Translations under genes and position numbers: made by a program | Notes under the pieces: model-generated | What the model saw: the letters and a program-made list of their open reading frames with translations, nothing else | Told to the model about the DNA's origin: nothing | Databases searched by the model: none | In this document: piece after piece, positions 39,154 through 48,564 of the stretch | Numbering within the stretch: position 1 is the first letter of the stretch | How the letters are laid out: every line of letters starts with the position of its first letter | Assembly (NCBI GenBank): GCA_031292615.1 | Contig: JARLGT010000122.1 | Location: forward strand, 1 to 62,364 | Reading direction: 5' to 3' | From: Coriobacteriia bacterium | GTDB taxonomy: Bacteria; Actinomycetota; Coriobacteriia; Anaerosomatales; JAAXUF01 | DNA: 62,364 bases

Positions 39154-39426
39154 GTGGAAGTCCTCAAGGTGTCTAGCAAGTCCAACCCGAACTCAGTTGC
39201 CGGCGCACTGGCTGGCATCGTTCGCGAGCAGGGTTCCGCCGAGATTCAGACGGTTGGAGCCGGCGCGCTTAACCAGGCAGTCAAGGCGATTGCGATCGCG
39301 CGCGGATTCATCGCGCCGTCCGGTCTCGAGCTGACTTGCATTCCAGCCTTCGCCGACATCGAGATCAACGGCGAGGAGCGCACCGCGATCCGCCTTCTGG
39401 TGGAGCCGCGAGACATGCACCGCTAG
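39154..39426 (+). CDS. spoVS: Stage V sporulation protein S family protein
   Basis: GTG 39154 after GGGGAGGG. VLKVSSKSNPNSVAGALAG...GAGALNQAVKAIAIARGF is the conserved SpoVS sequence. 90 aa. Confidence 0.9.
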   Translation: MEVLKVSSKSNPNSVAGALAGIVREQGSAEIQTVGAGALNQAVKAIAIARGFIAPSGLELTCIPAFADIEINGEERTAIRLLVEPRDMHR

Positions 39427-39433
39427 CGCAGTT

Positions 39434-40267
39434 GTGCCGATGAAGGCCGACCTCCACGTCCACACAACAGCCTCCGACGGCACGCTGTCGCCGTCCCAAC
39501 TCGTGCAGCGCGCTTCGCACAACGGTGTCGATGTACTTGCGATTGCAGACCACGACTCGGTCGACGGCCTCGCCCAGGGAGCTGCCGCTGCTCGGCGCGC
39601 GGGCATCGTGCTGATTCCAGCGGTCGAGCTGTCCGCGGTCGCTGATGGCCGAGACACCCACATCCTTGCGTACTTCGTCGATCCCCAAAGCCCTCTCCTC
39701 GCGGCGCAGCTCGTGCGGCTGCGCGCCGCTCGCGCGATTCGCGCAGAGGCGATGGTTTCCGCACTCAGAGCGGCAGGCTACCAGATCGAGCTCGACGACG
39801 TGCTGGCTCTGTCGGCCGGAGGGGCGGTTGGTCGCAGTCATGTGGCCCGCGCGCTTGTCGCGGCGGGCTATGCCGATACGGTCGCGCTTGCGTTCCAGAC
39901 GCTGATTGGGCGTGATCGGCCGTTCTACATCGCGAAGCAGAGCGCGTCGCCTGCCGACGTGGTCGCTGGCGTCCGCGAGCTTGGAGCAATCCCCGTGCTC
40001 GCACACCCAGGTGTCACGGGCGTTGACGACCTGATTGACGGAATGATCGAGGCGGGGTTGCTCGGCATAGAGGCGTACCATGCCGACCACAGCGCCGACC
40101 AGGTCGCTCGGTACTCGGCGCTTGCGGCCGAGAGGGGACTGCTCGTCACCGGAGGAACCGACTTTCACGGCCCAGCTGCGCCCAATCCGGACGTCGGAGC
40201 GGTCGATGTACCTGAAGTCGCCGTTCGGGCGCTCATAGCCGCCGGAGAGCGTCTGGGACGCTCCTGA
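39434..40267 (+). CDS. PHP domain phosphoesterase (TrpH/YciV-like)
   Basis: DLHVHTTASDG metal motif, AIADHD, AHP. Start is GTG 39434 or ATG 39440. Confidence 0.85.
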   Translation: MPMKADLHVHTTASDGTLSPSQLVQRASHNGVDVLAIADHDSVDGLAQGAAAARRAGIVLIPAVELSAVADGRDTHILAYFVDPQSPLLAAQLVRLRAARAIRAEAMVSALRAAGYQIELDDVLALSAGGAVGRSHVARALVAAGYADTVALAFQTLIGRDRPFYIAKQSASPADVVAGVRELGAIPVLAHPGVTGVDDLIDGMIEAGLLGIEAYHADHSADQVARYSALAAERGLLVTGGTDFHGPAAPNPDVGAVDVPEVAVRALIAAGERLGRS

Positions 40268-40311
40268 GCGCGGCTTCGCTCGGCATGTGGCGTGCTACAC
40301 TGCCACCCGCC

Positions 40312-41646
40312 ATGCAGACATACCTGATCCGCACCTTCGGGTGCCAGATGAACAAGCACGACTCCGAGCGTGTCGCGGGCCTTCTTGCTGCCCAAGGCCT
40401 GACGCCTGTTGAACTCGCAGAGGACGCCGACGTCGTGGTTTTCATGACGTGCTGCGTGCGCGAGAACGCCGATGAGCGCCTTCGCGGTCAGGTGCGCTCG
40501 CTCAAGAGCGTCAAAGCTGGCCGTCCGGGGCAACTAATCGCGGTCGGTGGCTGTATCGGGCAGCGCGACGGCGAGACCCTCTTGCGGCAGATCCCTCACA
40601 TCGACGTCGTCTTCGGCACGCACAACATCGCGCACCTGCCCGTGCTCCTCGATGCAGCAGCGGCCGAGCGTCAGCCTCAAGTCGAGGTTCTCTCTGAGGC
40701 CGATGACTTCACGACCGATCTCCCCACCCAGCGCGAGCACCCGTGGCACGCGTGGGTGCCCATCACAGTGGGCTGCAACAACTTCTGCAGCTACTGCGTC
40801 GTGCCGTACGTGCGAGGTCGTGAACGATCCCGAACCCTCGAGGACATCGTGAGCGAAGCAGATAACCTCGTGTCTCAGGGTGTACTCGAGGTCACCCTTC
40901 TCGGGCAGAACGTGAACTCCTACGGACGCGACATCTATGGCGAGCCCCGCTTCGCTGAGGCCCTTCGCGCGGTAGCCGCGACCGGCATACAGCGGATTCG
41001 CTTCGCGACCAGCCATCCGAAGGACCTGTCGGCGAGCACGATTGCGGCCATGGCCGAAGTGCCGGCGGTGATGCCCTACCTGCACCTGCCCGTTCAGTCG
41101 GGCTCGGACACCGTGCTGGCAGCTATGAATCGCCGATACACCCGAGCCGACTACCTCGCCTTGGTCGCGCGCATCAAGGCCGCCGTACCTCACATCTCCA
41201 TCTCGACGGACATCATCGTTGGCTTCCCAGGGGAGACTGAGGCTGACTTCGAGGGGACCATGGAGGTCGTGCGCACCGTGGGCTACGACCAGGCCTTCAC
41301 GTTCATCTACTCTCCTCGGGAGGGCACGCCCGCCGCGCGCATGGAGGGCCAAGTGCCACGCGAGGTATCGCAGGAGCGGTTCGACCGACTGGTCGAGCTG
41401 GTCCAGTCTTCGGCGCTCGAGAACTCGCTGCCACTCGTGGGGACCGTGCAGCCTGTGCTCGTTGAAGGTACGAGCAAGCGCGACGACTCCATGCTTTCGG
41501 GCCGCACGGCCGCCAACAAGATGGTGCATGCGCCGCTGCCTGAGGGCCACTCGGCAGACGAGTACACGGGTCGAATCGTGAACGTGACGATCGATCACGC
41601 GCAGACGTGGTTCCTCTCAGGGCAGCTGGCGGGTACAGACCAGTAG
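40312..41646 (+). CDS. miaB: tRNA-2-methylthio-N6-dimethylallyladenosine synthase
   Basis: ATG 40312 (MQTYLIRTFGCQMNKHDSE). Radical-SAM CNNFCSYC and a C-terminal TRAM. Confidence 0.9.
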   Translation: MQTYLIRTFGCQMNKHDSERVAGLLAAQGLTPVELAEDADVVVFMTCCVRENADERLRGQVRSLKSVKAGRPGQLIAVGGCIGQRDGETLLRQIPHIDVVFGTHNIAHLPVLLDAAAAERQPQVEVLSEADDFTTDLPTQREHPWHAWVPITVGCNNFCSYCVVPYVRGRERSRTLEDIVSEADNLVSQGVLEVTLLGQNVNSYGRDIYGEPRFAEALRAVAATGIQRIRFATSHPKDLSASTIAAMAEVPAVMPYLHLPVQSGSDTVLAAMNRRYTRADYLALVARIKAAVPHISISTDIIVGFPGETEADFEGTMEVVRTVGYDQAFTFIYSPREGTPAARMEGQVPREVSQERFDRLVELVQSSALENSLPLVGTVQPVLVEGTSKRDDSMLSGRTAANKMVHAPLPEGHSADEYTGRIVNVTIDHAQTWFLSGQLAGTDQ

Positions 41647-41713
41647 GAGGCGCCTCGGCGGCACCCGCGGCCATCGCGCTCCGATAACGTGCCCGCGTCA
41701 GGGGAGGCTCACC

Positions 41714-43099
41714 GTGCCTACAGACGTGTTCGGAGTCATTTCACCTCATCCGCCTATCTTCGTGCCGGACGTCGGTGGCCGAGAGGCCCACGTCGCCCAA
41801 GCCTCGCTGGATGCCTTGGAGACCGGCCGTGCAGCTCTCGCTCGGTTCGCTCCCGAGACCATCGTGCTCATGTCTCCGCACGCGCCGGCTGCCGCAGACG
41901 CATTCATCGTTGACGTCAGCGATCGGCTCACCGGCTCGCTCGAGCAGTTCGGCGCACGCAAGGTCTACTCGTGGCCGGGCGACCCCGAGCTCGCGCGCGC
42001 CATCGTCGACGGCATCGACGCAGCAGATATCCCGGCGATCACGCGTGACGTCGATGACCGGCTGCGTCCCGGCTGGCTGGATCACGCTTCCATCGTGCCG
42101 CTTTCGTTCCTCGAGCCCACCGAGTCCGTTCGCCTCGTCATCCTGTCGCTGTCGTATCGCCCATACGCCGAGCACCGCCGCGTCGGGGAAATAGTGCGCC
42201 AGGCCGCCGAGAACCTCGGCCGTCGCGTGGCTTTCCTTGCGAGCGGCGACATGTCCCATCGACTCAAGCCAGGCGCTGCGGCCGGATACTCCCCGCGGGC
42301 CGTCGAACTCGACGCCGCGATTGAAGAACGAGTCGCCGCCGGGCGGTTCTCGGCGTTGATGGAGCTCGACCCCGATCTCGTCGAAGCGGGAGGGGAGTGC
42401 GGACTGCGCTCTCTGATCACCTTGGGCGGCTTCGCAGGCGACGATCCAGTTCGCTCCAAGGTGCTCGCGTACGAAGGGCCGTGGGGCGTAGGCTACCTGA
42501 CCGCGCTCGTCGGCGACGAGGCGATCGAATCCTACCAGCGCGTTGCAGCTGCCGTTGCGCAGACGGGCCGGAAAGGCGGTATGGCCGGCACTGAAGAGAG
42601 CGAGATCGTGAGTCTGGCGCGCGAAACGATCGAAGCCTACGTGCGCGACGGAACGGTGCTTGAGCCGGCGCAGCTGGCTGGCGCCGAGTACCCCGAGCGC
42701 GCGGGAGCCTTCGTGAGCCTCCACCGACTCGGGATGTTGCGCGGTTGCATCGGCACGATCTCGCCAACGCGCCCGACGCTGGCGCAGGAGGTCGCCGCCA
42801 ACGCAATCCAAGCCGCTACCGAGGATCCGCGCTTTCCGTCGCTTGGCGTCAATGAACTCGCCGACCTGGAGGTCAAGGTCGACGTGCTTCACGCCCCGGA
42901 GGCCTGCACGCTCGACGATCTCGATCCAAAGGCCTACGGCGTGATCGTCACGCGAGGATACCGGCGGGGCCTTCTGCTTCCCGACCTTGAAGGAGTCGAC
43001 GACGTCGCCTCTCAGGTCGCAATCGCGATGCAGAAGGCGGGACTTCCCCCGGACTCCCAGTGCGACCTGCAGCGATTCAAGGTTGACCGCTACACTTAG
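41714..43099 (+). CDS. Fusion protein: class III extradiol dioxygenase/Memo-like (LigB fold) N-domain + AMMECR1 C-domain
   Basis: GTG after GGGGAGG. N-half has ISPHPPIFVP...LMSPHAP...ASGDMSH (LigB-like metal ligands). C-half has GAFVSLHRLGMLRGCIGTI...YGVIVTRGYRRGLLLPD (AMMECR1 signature). Confidence 0.8.
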   Translation: MPTDVFGVISPHPPIFVPDVGGREAHVAQASLDALETGRAALARFAPETIVLMSPHAPAAADAFIVDVSDRLTGSLEQFGARKVYSWPGDPELARAIVDGIDAADIPAITRDVDDRLRPGWLDHASIVPLSFLEPTESVRLVILSLSYRPYAEHRRVGEIVRQAAENLGRRVAFLASGDMSHRLKPGAAAGYSPRAVELDAAIEERVAAGRFSALMELDPDLVEAGGECGLRSLITLGGFAGDDPVRSKVLAYEGPWGVGYLTALVGDEAIESYQRVAAAVAQTGRKGGMAGTEESEIVSLARETIEAYVRDGTVLEPAQLAGAEYPERAGAFVSLHRLGMLRGCIGTISPTRPTLAQEVAANAIQAATEDPRFPSLGVNELADLEVKVDVLHAPEACTLDDLDPKAYGVIVTRGYRRGLLLPDLEGVDDVASQVAIAMQKAGLPPDSQCDLQRFKVDRYT

Positions 43100-43102
43100 C
43101 GC

Positions 43103-44059
43103 ATGACCTCAGCCGACACGCCAGCCAGCCCAGACTCGCCGCCACGCGTACTCGCCGTGGTCGGCCCCACTGCTGTGGGGAAGACCGCGGTGGCTGAAGA
43201 GCTCGCCGTGCGACTCGGCGGCGAGATCGTATCGGCCGACTCGATGCAGGTCTATCGCGGCATGGACATCGGCACGGCCAAGCCAGCGCCCGCTGAGCGT
43301 CGCGTGAAGTACCACTGCCTCGATCTCGCCGAGCCGGGCGAGGCGTTCTCGGCGGCGCTGTACCAGATCGCGGCTCGAGAGGCCATCTCTCACATTGCTG
43401 GGCGCGGCGTCCTGCCGGTCGTGGCCGGGGGCACAGGGCTGTACGTACGTGCCGCGCTCGACTCCCTGGAGTTTCCCGCCGGCGAGCAGCTCGGCAACGC
43501 TGCACGCGCGCGCTACGAAGCGATTGCGGCGAAGCGCGGTCCTGAGGCGCTGCATGCGCTGCTCGCCGAGCGCGATCCGGCCTCAGCAGCGGTGGTGCAC
43601 GCCAACAACGTGCGGCGCGTCGTGCGCGCACTGGAGATGGCCGACGAGGGCGTCAGCTACGCCGAGCAGCGCGAGGGTTTCTCGGCGAGGGACAGCGTCT
43701 ACAGCACCCGCTTCATCGGGCTGACGATGGACCGCCCGCGACTGTACGAGCGCATCGACGCGCGCGTGGATGCGATGGTCGCAGCGGGCCTGCTCGACGA
43801 GGTCCGCGAACTGCTCGGCAGGGGGCTGCGCGAGGCACTGACGGCGTCCCAAGCGATCGGCTACAAGGAGTTCGTGCCGGTCATCGAGGGTGGCGTGGAG
43901 ATCGACACCGCTGTCTCGGAGGTCAAGCAGGCGAGCCGACGCTACGCCAAACGGCAGCTCACATGGTTTGCCGCCGACCCGCGTGTCAGGTGGATCGACG
44001 TGACCGAACTGACGATTTCGCAGGCAGCGGAAGCAGCGATGGGTACGCTAGACTGGTAG
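43103..44059 (+). CDS. miaA: tRNA dimethylallyltransferase
   Basis: P-loop GPTAVGKT and DSMQVYRGMDIGTAKP. Starts 3 nt after the preceding stop. Confidence 0.93.
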   Translation: MTSADTPASPDSPPRVLAVVGPTAVGKTAVAEELAVRLGGEIVSADSMQVYRGMDIGTAKPAPAERRVKYHCLDLAEPGEAFSAALYQIAAREAISHIAGRGVLPVVAGGTGLYVRAALDSLEFPAGEQLGNAARARYEAIAAKRGPEALHALLAERDPASAAVVHANNVRRVVRALEMADEGVSYAEQREGFSARDSVYSTRFIGLTMDRPRLYERIDARVDAMVAAGLLDEVRELLGRGLREALTASQAIGYKEFVPVIEGGVEIDTAVSEVKQASRRYAKRQLTWFAADPRVRWIDVTELTISQAAEAAMGTLDW

Positions 44060-44109
44060 GCCATTCAGGGGCACGAAGCTCTCGCCCGAGGATTCGAGGA
44101 GAGGTTTCC

Positions 44110-44997
44110 ATGGAGTTGCGGTTCGTGAAGATGCATGGTCTGGGCAACGACTTCATCCTCTTCGAGGATCTCGCCGAGGAACTCGACCTTGCTCCAGAAG
44201 CCATCGCGTGGTTCTGCGACCGCCACTTCGGAGTAGGCGCCGACGGGCTGATTCTCGTGCGCCCGGCCACCACGGACGAGGCCGACTACTACATGGCGTA
44301 CTTCAACGGCGATGGTTCGGTCGCCGAGATGTGCGGAAACGGCGTACGTTGCTTTGCGAAGTACTGCGTAGACCACGGCCTGATTCCTCAGGACCGCAAC
44401 GAGATGGTGGTCGAGACGCTGGGCGGTCTGAAGCCGATCCAGATCACGCGCGCCTACGACGAGACGCTGTACCTCGCGACCGTCGACATGGGCGAGCCGA
44501 TTCTCAGGCCCGCCGATATACCGACCAACATGCGGTGCGGCGGAAACGACGACATGGTGATCTCGTGCCCACTCGAGACGAGCGCAGGCACGTTCGATGT
44601 GACTCCGGTTTCGATGGGCAATCCTCACTGCGTGCTGTGGGTCGACGACGTCGACGAAGCCGACGTTGACACGATCGGCCCCGTGATTGAGACGCACGAG
44701 ATGTTCCCAGCCAAGACCAACGTCGAGTTCGCGCAGCTCATGGAGGACGATCGCATCCGGCTGCGCGTCTGGGAGCGTGGCTGTGCCGAGACGCTCGCAT
44801 GCGGTACAGGCGCGTGTGCGACGCTGGTAGTCGCCTCGCTGACCTGCCGAGTCGGCCGAGAGGCCACCATCGAGCTGCCCGGCGGCGAGCTTGCGATTCG
44901 CTGGGCTGAGGACAACCACGTCTACATGACCGGTCCCGCCGTCGAGGTGTTCTCGGGCAGCATTGCCATCCCCGAAGACGACGACCTGGACGACTAG
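44110..44997 (+). CDS. dapF: Diaminopimelate epimerase
   Basis: ATG 44110 after GGAGAGG. FVKMHGLGNDFI, with catalytic Cys regions MCGNG and ACGTGA. Confidence 0.93.
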   Translation: MELRFVKMHGLGNDFILFEDLAEELDLAPEAIAWFCDRHFGVGADGLILVRPATTDEADYYMAYFNGDGSVAEMCGNGVRCFAKYCVDHGLIPQDRNEMVVETLGGLKPIQITRAYDETLYLATVDMGEPILRPADIPTNMRCGGNDDMVISCPLETSAGTFDVTPVSMGNPHCVLWVDDVDEADVDTIGPVIETHEMFPAKTNVEFAQLMEDDRIRLRVWERGCAETLACGTGACATLVVASLTCRVGREATIELPGGELAIRWAEDNHVYMTGPAVEVFSGSIAIPEDDDLDD

Positions 44998-45143
44998 GAG
45001 TCATCCCAGGTCACCCGAAGTCGCATCGCGTTGCGCTCGTAACGCGGCCGCAACGTTGGCCGCGACCGCCAATGCTACGATGGGAACCACGGCCGCCAAG
45101 GCCTTGCGAAACGACTGCCACCGAAGACGAGGAGTGACACCCG

Positions 45144-46301
45144 TTGAGGACCGCCAAGCGTATGGAGAACCTGCCGCCGTACCTGTTCGCTGAGATCGAC
45201 CGGAAGAAGGCGATCAAGCAGGCAGAGGGCGTTGACGTCATCTCGCTGGGCATTGGGGATCCCGACATGCCCACGCCGCAGCGCATCATCGACGCGATGG
45301 CGGTGGCGATCACGAATCCCAAGAATCACCAGTACCCCAGCTACTCCGGCTCGGTGCCGTACCGCAAGGCCTGCGCCGAGTGGCTGAAGCGCCGTTTCGA
45401 CGTCGAAGTCGACCCCACTACTGAGGTGCTCGCGCTCATCGGCAGCAAGGAAGGTATCGCGCACATCTTCCCGGCGTTCGTCGACAACGGCGACTACGTG
45501 CTGGTTCCGGGAGTTGGCTATCCGGTCTACACGACCGGCGCCATCCTCATCGATGCGAACGTCCACTACATGCCGATGAACGAGTCCAACGATTGGATGG
45601 CTGACTTCGAGTCGACTCCGGCCGATGTGCTCGCCAAGGCGAAGCTCATGTTCCTCAGCTACCCGAACAACCCATCTTCGGCGATCGCGACGCCGGAGTA
45701 CTTCGACCGAGCAATCGCGTTTGCCAAGAAGCACGACCTGCTCATCGTCCACGACAACGCCTACTCCGAGATCGCATTCGACGGCTACCGGCCGCCGAGC
45801 TTCCTCGAGCGTCCCGGGGCTATGGACGTCGCCATCGAGCTGTTCAGCTGCTCCAAGGCGTACAACATGACCGGCTGGCGTATTGCGTTCGCCGCCGGCA
45901 ACGCGACGGCTATCAAGGCGTTCGGCACCGTCAAGTCCAACATCGACTCGGGCGCCTTCACGGCGATCCAGGACGCGGCCATCGAGGCGATGCTCGGCGA
46001 CCAGTCCGATGTCGCCGAGATGTGCGATCTGTATCAACGTCGGCGCGACCTCGTGATGGACACGCTGGGCAGCATCGGTCTGTCGGCGCGCGTGCCGAAG
46101 GGCACCATCTACGTCTGGGCAAAGATCCCCGAAGGCTACACGTCGGCGCAGTACGCCGGCGAGGTACTCGACAAGGCCGGCGTCATCGTTGCGGCGGGTA
46201 GCGCCTATGGTCCCGACGGCGAAGGCTACATCCGCATCTCGCTCGCGACGCCCGACGATCGCCTCGTCGAGGCGCTCGAGCGCATCAAGACGATGCTGTA
46301 G
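45144..46301 (+). CDS. dapL: Class I/II aminotransferase, LL-diaminopimelate aminotransferase-like
   Basis: LPPYLFAEIDRKK...ISLGIGDPDMPTP N-terminus and PLP-Lys region SCSKAYNMTGWR. Adjacent to dapF. Start is TTG 45144 or ATG 45162. Confidence 0.6.
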   Translation: MRTAKRMENLPPYLFAEIDRKKAIKQAEGVDVISLGIGDPDMPTPQRIIDAMAVAITNPKNHQYPSYSGSVPYRKACAEWLKRRFDVEVDPTTEVLALIGSKEGIAHIFPAFVDNGDYVLVPGVGYPVYTTGAILIDANVHYMPMNESNDWMADFESTPADVLAKAKLMFLSYPNNPSSAIATPEYFDRAIAFAKKHDLLIVHDNAYSEIAFDGYRPPSFLERPGAMDVAIELFSCSKAYNMTGWRIAFAAGNATAIKAFGTVKSNIDSGAFTAIQDAAIEAMLGDQSDVAEMCDLYQRRRDLVMDTLGSIGLSARVPKGTIYVWAKIPEGYTSAQYAGEVLDKAGVIVAAGSAYGPDGEGYIRISLATPDDRLVEALERIKTML

Positions 46302-46325
46302 CGGGAAGCGGGAATACACGCAAGC

Positions 46326-47654
46326 GTGACCCACACCAAACGTACAGAGCCACAGACCGCCGAGGACCTCGCGACACACGATCGCGCGGTCCTCGTTGGC
46401 GTTGACCGAAGCGACTCTCGCTGGCCCATCGACGAGTCCCTGGCCGAGTTGGCTCGGCTCGCTGACACGGCCGATGTAGAGGTCGTCGCGGTGGTCACGC
46501 AGAAGCTCGACCGTCCCAACCCCAAGACGTTCGTGGGCGGCGGGAAGGCCGATGAGATCGCCGAGACGGCCACGTCGCTCGACGCAAACATGGTGATCTT
46601 CGACGACGAACTGTCGCCGGCACAGCAACTCAACGTCGAGGCCCTTCTGCCCGATACGCGCGTCATCGATCGCACCGCACTCATCCTCGAGATATTCGCC
46701 ATGCACGCCGTCACGCGCGAGGGCAAGCTGCAGGTCGATCTGGCGCAGCAGGAGTACGTGCTCCCACGCCTTCGCGGCATGTGGGGCCACCTCGAGAAGG
46801 AGCGGCTCGGCGGAGGGCGTGGATCACGATTCGGTGCGGGCGAATCACAGCTCGAGACCGACCGCCGAATGGCGCACAAACGCATCGCGCAGCTCAAGCG
46901 CGACCTGCGCGACGTCAGCCGCGAGCGCCAGCTGCAACGCAAGTCGCGCGCGCGCAGCGGCGTCTACCGCGTCTCGCTCGTCGGCTACACCAACGCCGGC
47001 AAGTCGACGCTGCTCAACGCGCTGACCGGCGCAGACGTGCTGCAGGCCGACATGCTCTTCGCGACGCTAGACTCTACAACGCGCCGCCTGAGCCTGCCCG
47101 AGGGTCGCGAAATCACGCTGACCGATACGGTCGGCTTCATACACAAGCTGCCCCATGGGCTGGTCGAGGCCTTCAAGTCCACGCTTGATGAAGTTGCCGA
47201 GGCCGATTTGCTGCTTCACGTCACGGACGCCGGCGCTGTCCAGCGCGACGCGCACATGCTAGCCGTGAGAGAGGTGCTCGACGAGATCGGCGCCTCGGCC
47301 ACACCGAGCCTCATCGTCTTCAACAAGGCAGACACGCTTTCAGCCGAGGACCGCTCGTTGCTCGAGCGCAAGTTTCCCGCGGCCGTCTTCGTCTCCGGGC
47401 TCACGGGTGAGGGTCTTGACTCCCTTCGCACCCACATCGCCGAGGAAGCAGCCAAGTGCAGCCTCACGCTGACCGTGCTCGTGCCCTACACGCGCGGCGA
47501 CGTCGTCACACTGGCCCACGAGCGTGCGCTGATCGTCAGCGAACGTCACACGGAGAGTGGAACCCAGCTCGTCTTGCGCGTGCCCGCCGAGATGGCGCCG
47601 GCATTCGAGGAGTTCCGCATCCCGCCCGAGCCGCTCGAGATAGCTGCGCCGTAG
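46326..47654 (+). CDS. hflX: GTPase HflX
   Basis: HflX N-domain followed by G1 GYTNAGKST, G3 DTVGF and G4 NKAD. Confidence 0.92.
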   Translation: MTHTKRTEPQTAEDLATHDRAVLVGVDRSDSRWPIDESLAELARLADTADVEVVAVVTQKLDRPNPKTFVGGGKADEIAETATSLDANMVIFDDELSPAQQLNVEALLPDTRVIDRTALILEIFAMHAVTREGKLQVDLAQQEYVLPRLRGMWGHLEKERLGGGRGSRFGAGESQLETDRRMAHKRIAQLKRDLRDVSRERQLQRKSRARSGVYRVSLVGYTNAGKSTLLNALTGADVLQADMLFATLDSTTRRLSLPEGREITLTDTVGFIHKLPHGLVEAFKSTLDEVAEADLLLHVTDAGAVQRDAHMLAVREVLDEIGASATPSLIVFNKADTLSAEDRSLLERKFPAAVFVSGLTGEGLDSLRTHIAEEAAKCSLTLTVLVPYTRGDVVTLAHERALIVSERHTESGTQLVLRVPAEMAPAFEEFRIPPEPLEIAAP

Positions 47655-47671
47655 GCCCTGACGCTCCGAAG

Positions 47672-47707
47672 CAAACGGCCCCGACGCGATTCGCTCGGGG
47701 CCGTTTG
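47672..47707. terminator. Bidirectional terminator between convergent hflX and lexA
   Basis: CAAACGGCCCCGA / TCGGGGCCGTTTG 13-bp stem, A-tract on one side and T-tract on the other. Confidence 0.85.
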
Positions 47708-47725
47708 ATTGTTGCGCTGAGACTC

Positions 47726-48349
47726 CTAGAGGCGCCGGAACAGCGCGACTACCTTGCCCAGGATACTCACGTCGCGCGAGTAGATGGGCTCCATCGAGGA
47801 GTTCTGCGGCTGTAGGCGGATGCGGTCTGGCTCGCGATAGAACGTCTTGACCGTGGCCGAGTCATCCAGCATCGCAACGACTATGTCGCCGTTGTTGGCT
47901 GTGGACTGCTGGTGGACCACCACAAAGTCGCCGTCCATGATGCCGACCTCGATCATCGACTCACCCTTGACGCGCAAGATGAACGTCTGGTCGTCAGCCA
48001 TCTCGGCGGGAAGAGACATCGTCTGCTCGATGTTCTCGGCGGCGAGGATGGGCTGGCCGGCCGCCACCTGTCCGACGACCGGAACTGCGCGCACCGAGCC
48101 GTAGTCGATTCCGCGGTCGGTCTCGCGGTAGTCGAGCACTTCGAGGGCGCGCGGCTTAGAGGGGTCTCGGCGGATGAAGCCCTTGGCCTCAAGAGCGGCC
48201 AGGTGCGAGTGCACGGTAGAGGATGAGGATAGGCCGACGGCCTCTCCGATCTCGCGAACGCTCGGCGGATAACCGCAGCGGTGGATCTCGGCACGGATGT
48301 AGTCGAGGATCTGCTGCTGCCGCTTCGTGAGCTCGCGCTGGTAGGTCAT
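47726..48349 (-). CDS. lexA: SOS repressor LexA
   Basis: ATG 48349 ([18 protein letters not shown]). wHTH, Ala-Gly cleavage site VAAGQP, Ser GESM and Lys TVK of the S24 peptidase. SOS boxes lie upstream. Confidence 0.96.
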   Translation of the reverse strand: MTYQRELTKRQQQILDYIRAEIHRCGYPPSVREIGEAVGLSSSSTVHSHLAALEAKGFIRRDPSKPRALEVLDYRETDRGIDYGSVRAVPVVGQVAAGQPILAAENIEQTMSLPAEMADDQTFILRVKGESMIEVGIMDGDFVVVHQQSTANNGDIVVAMLDDSATVKTFYREPDRIRLQPQNSSMEPIYSRDVSILGKVVALFRRL

Positions 48350-48367
48350 CGAAGGCCCCCTAGATAT

Positions 48368-48381
48368 CGAACGCTTGTACG
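48368..48381. promoter_or_regulatory. Degenerate SOS-box-like site CGAACGCTTGTACG
   Basis: One mismatch in the right half-site. Lies 19 nt upstream of the lexA ATG on the minus strand. Confidence 0.4.
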
Positions 48382-48412
48382 GCACGAGTGTACGCGCTGT
48401 CACCAAAGCGTG

Positions 48413-48426
48413 CAAACGTGCGTTCG
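48413..48426. promoter_or_regulatory. Degenerate SOS-box-like site CAAACGTGCGTTCG
   Basis: One mismatch in the left half-site. Confidence 0.4.
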
Positions 48427-48444
48427 ATAGTTCTACTTGTATTA

Positions 48445-48458
48445 CGAACATATGTTCG
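48445..48458. promoter_or_regulatory. LexA SOS box CGAACATATGTTCG
   Basis: Perfect palindrome in the lexA/LysM divergent intergenic region. Confidence 0.88.
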
Positions 48459-48470
48459 GTACAGTGTTGT

Positions 48471-48484
48471 CGAACACATGTTCG
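48471..48484. promoter_or_regulatory. LexA SOS box CGAACACATGTTCG
   Basis: Perfect half-sites, 26 bp centre-to-centre from the first box. Confidence 0.88.
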
Positions 48485-48564
48485 TATACGTACGTCGGCT
48501 CGATGTCAGACCCGTTCGGTAGGGTGCGAGTCGTCACTACGAACAAGGACAGGGGAGCTAAGCC

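Noticed and set aside
45075-46790. 571-aa ORF on the minus strand spanning dapL and the start of hflX
   Set aside because: It is antisense to two well-supported genes. It has an Arg/Gly/Asp/Val-rich composition and no motifs, which is the usual mirror-frame artefact of a high-GC genome.
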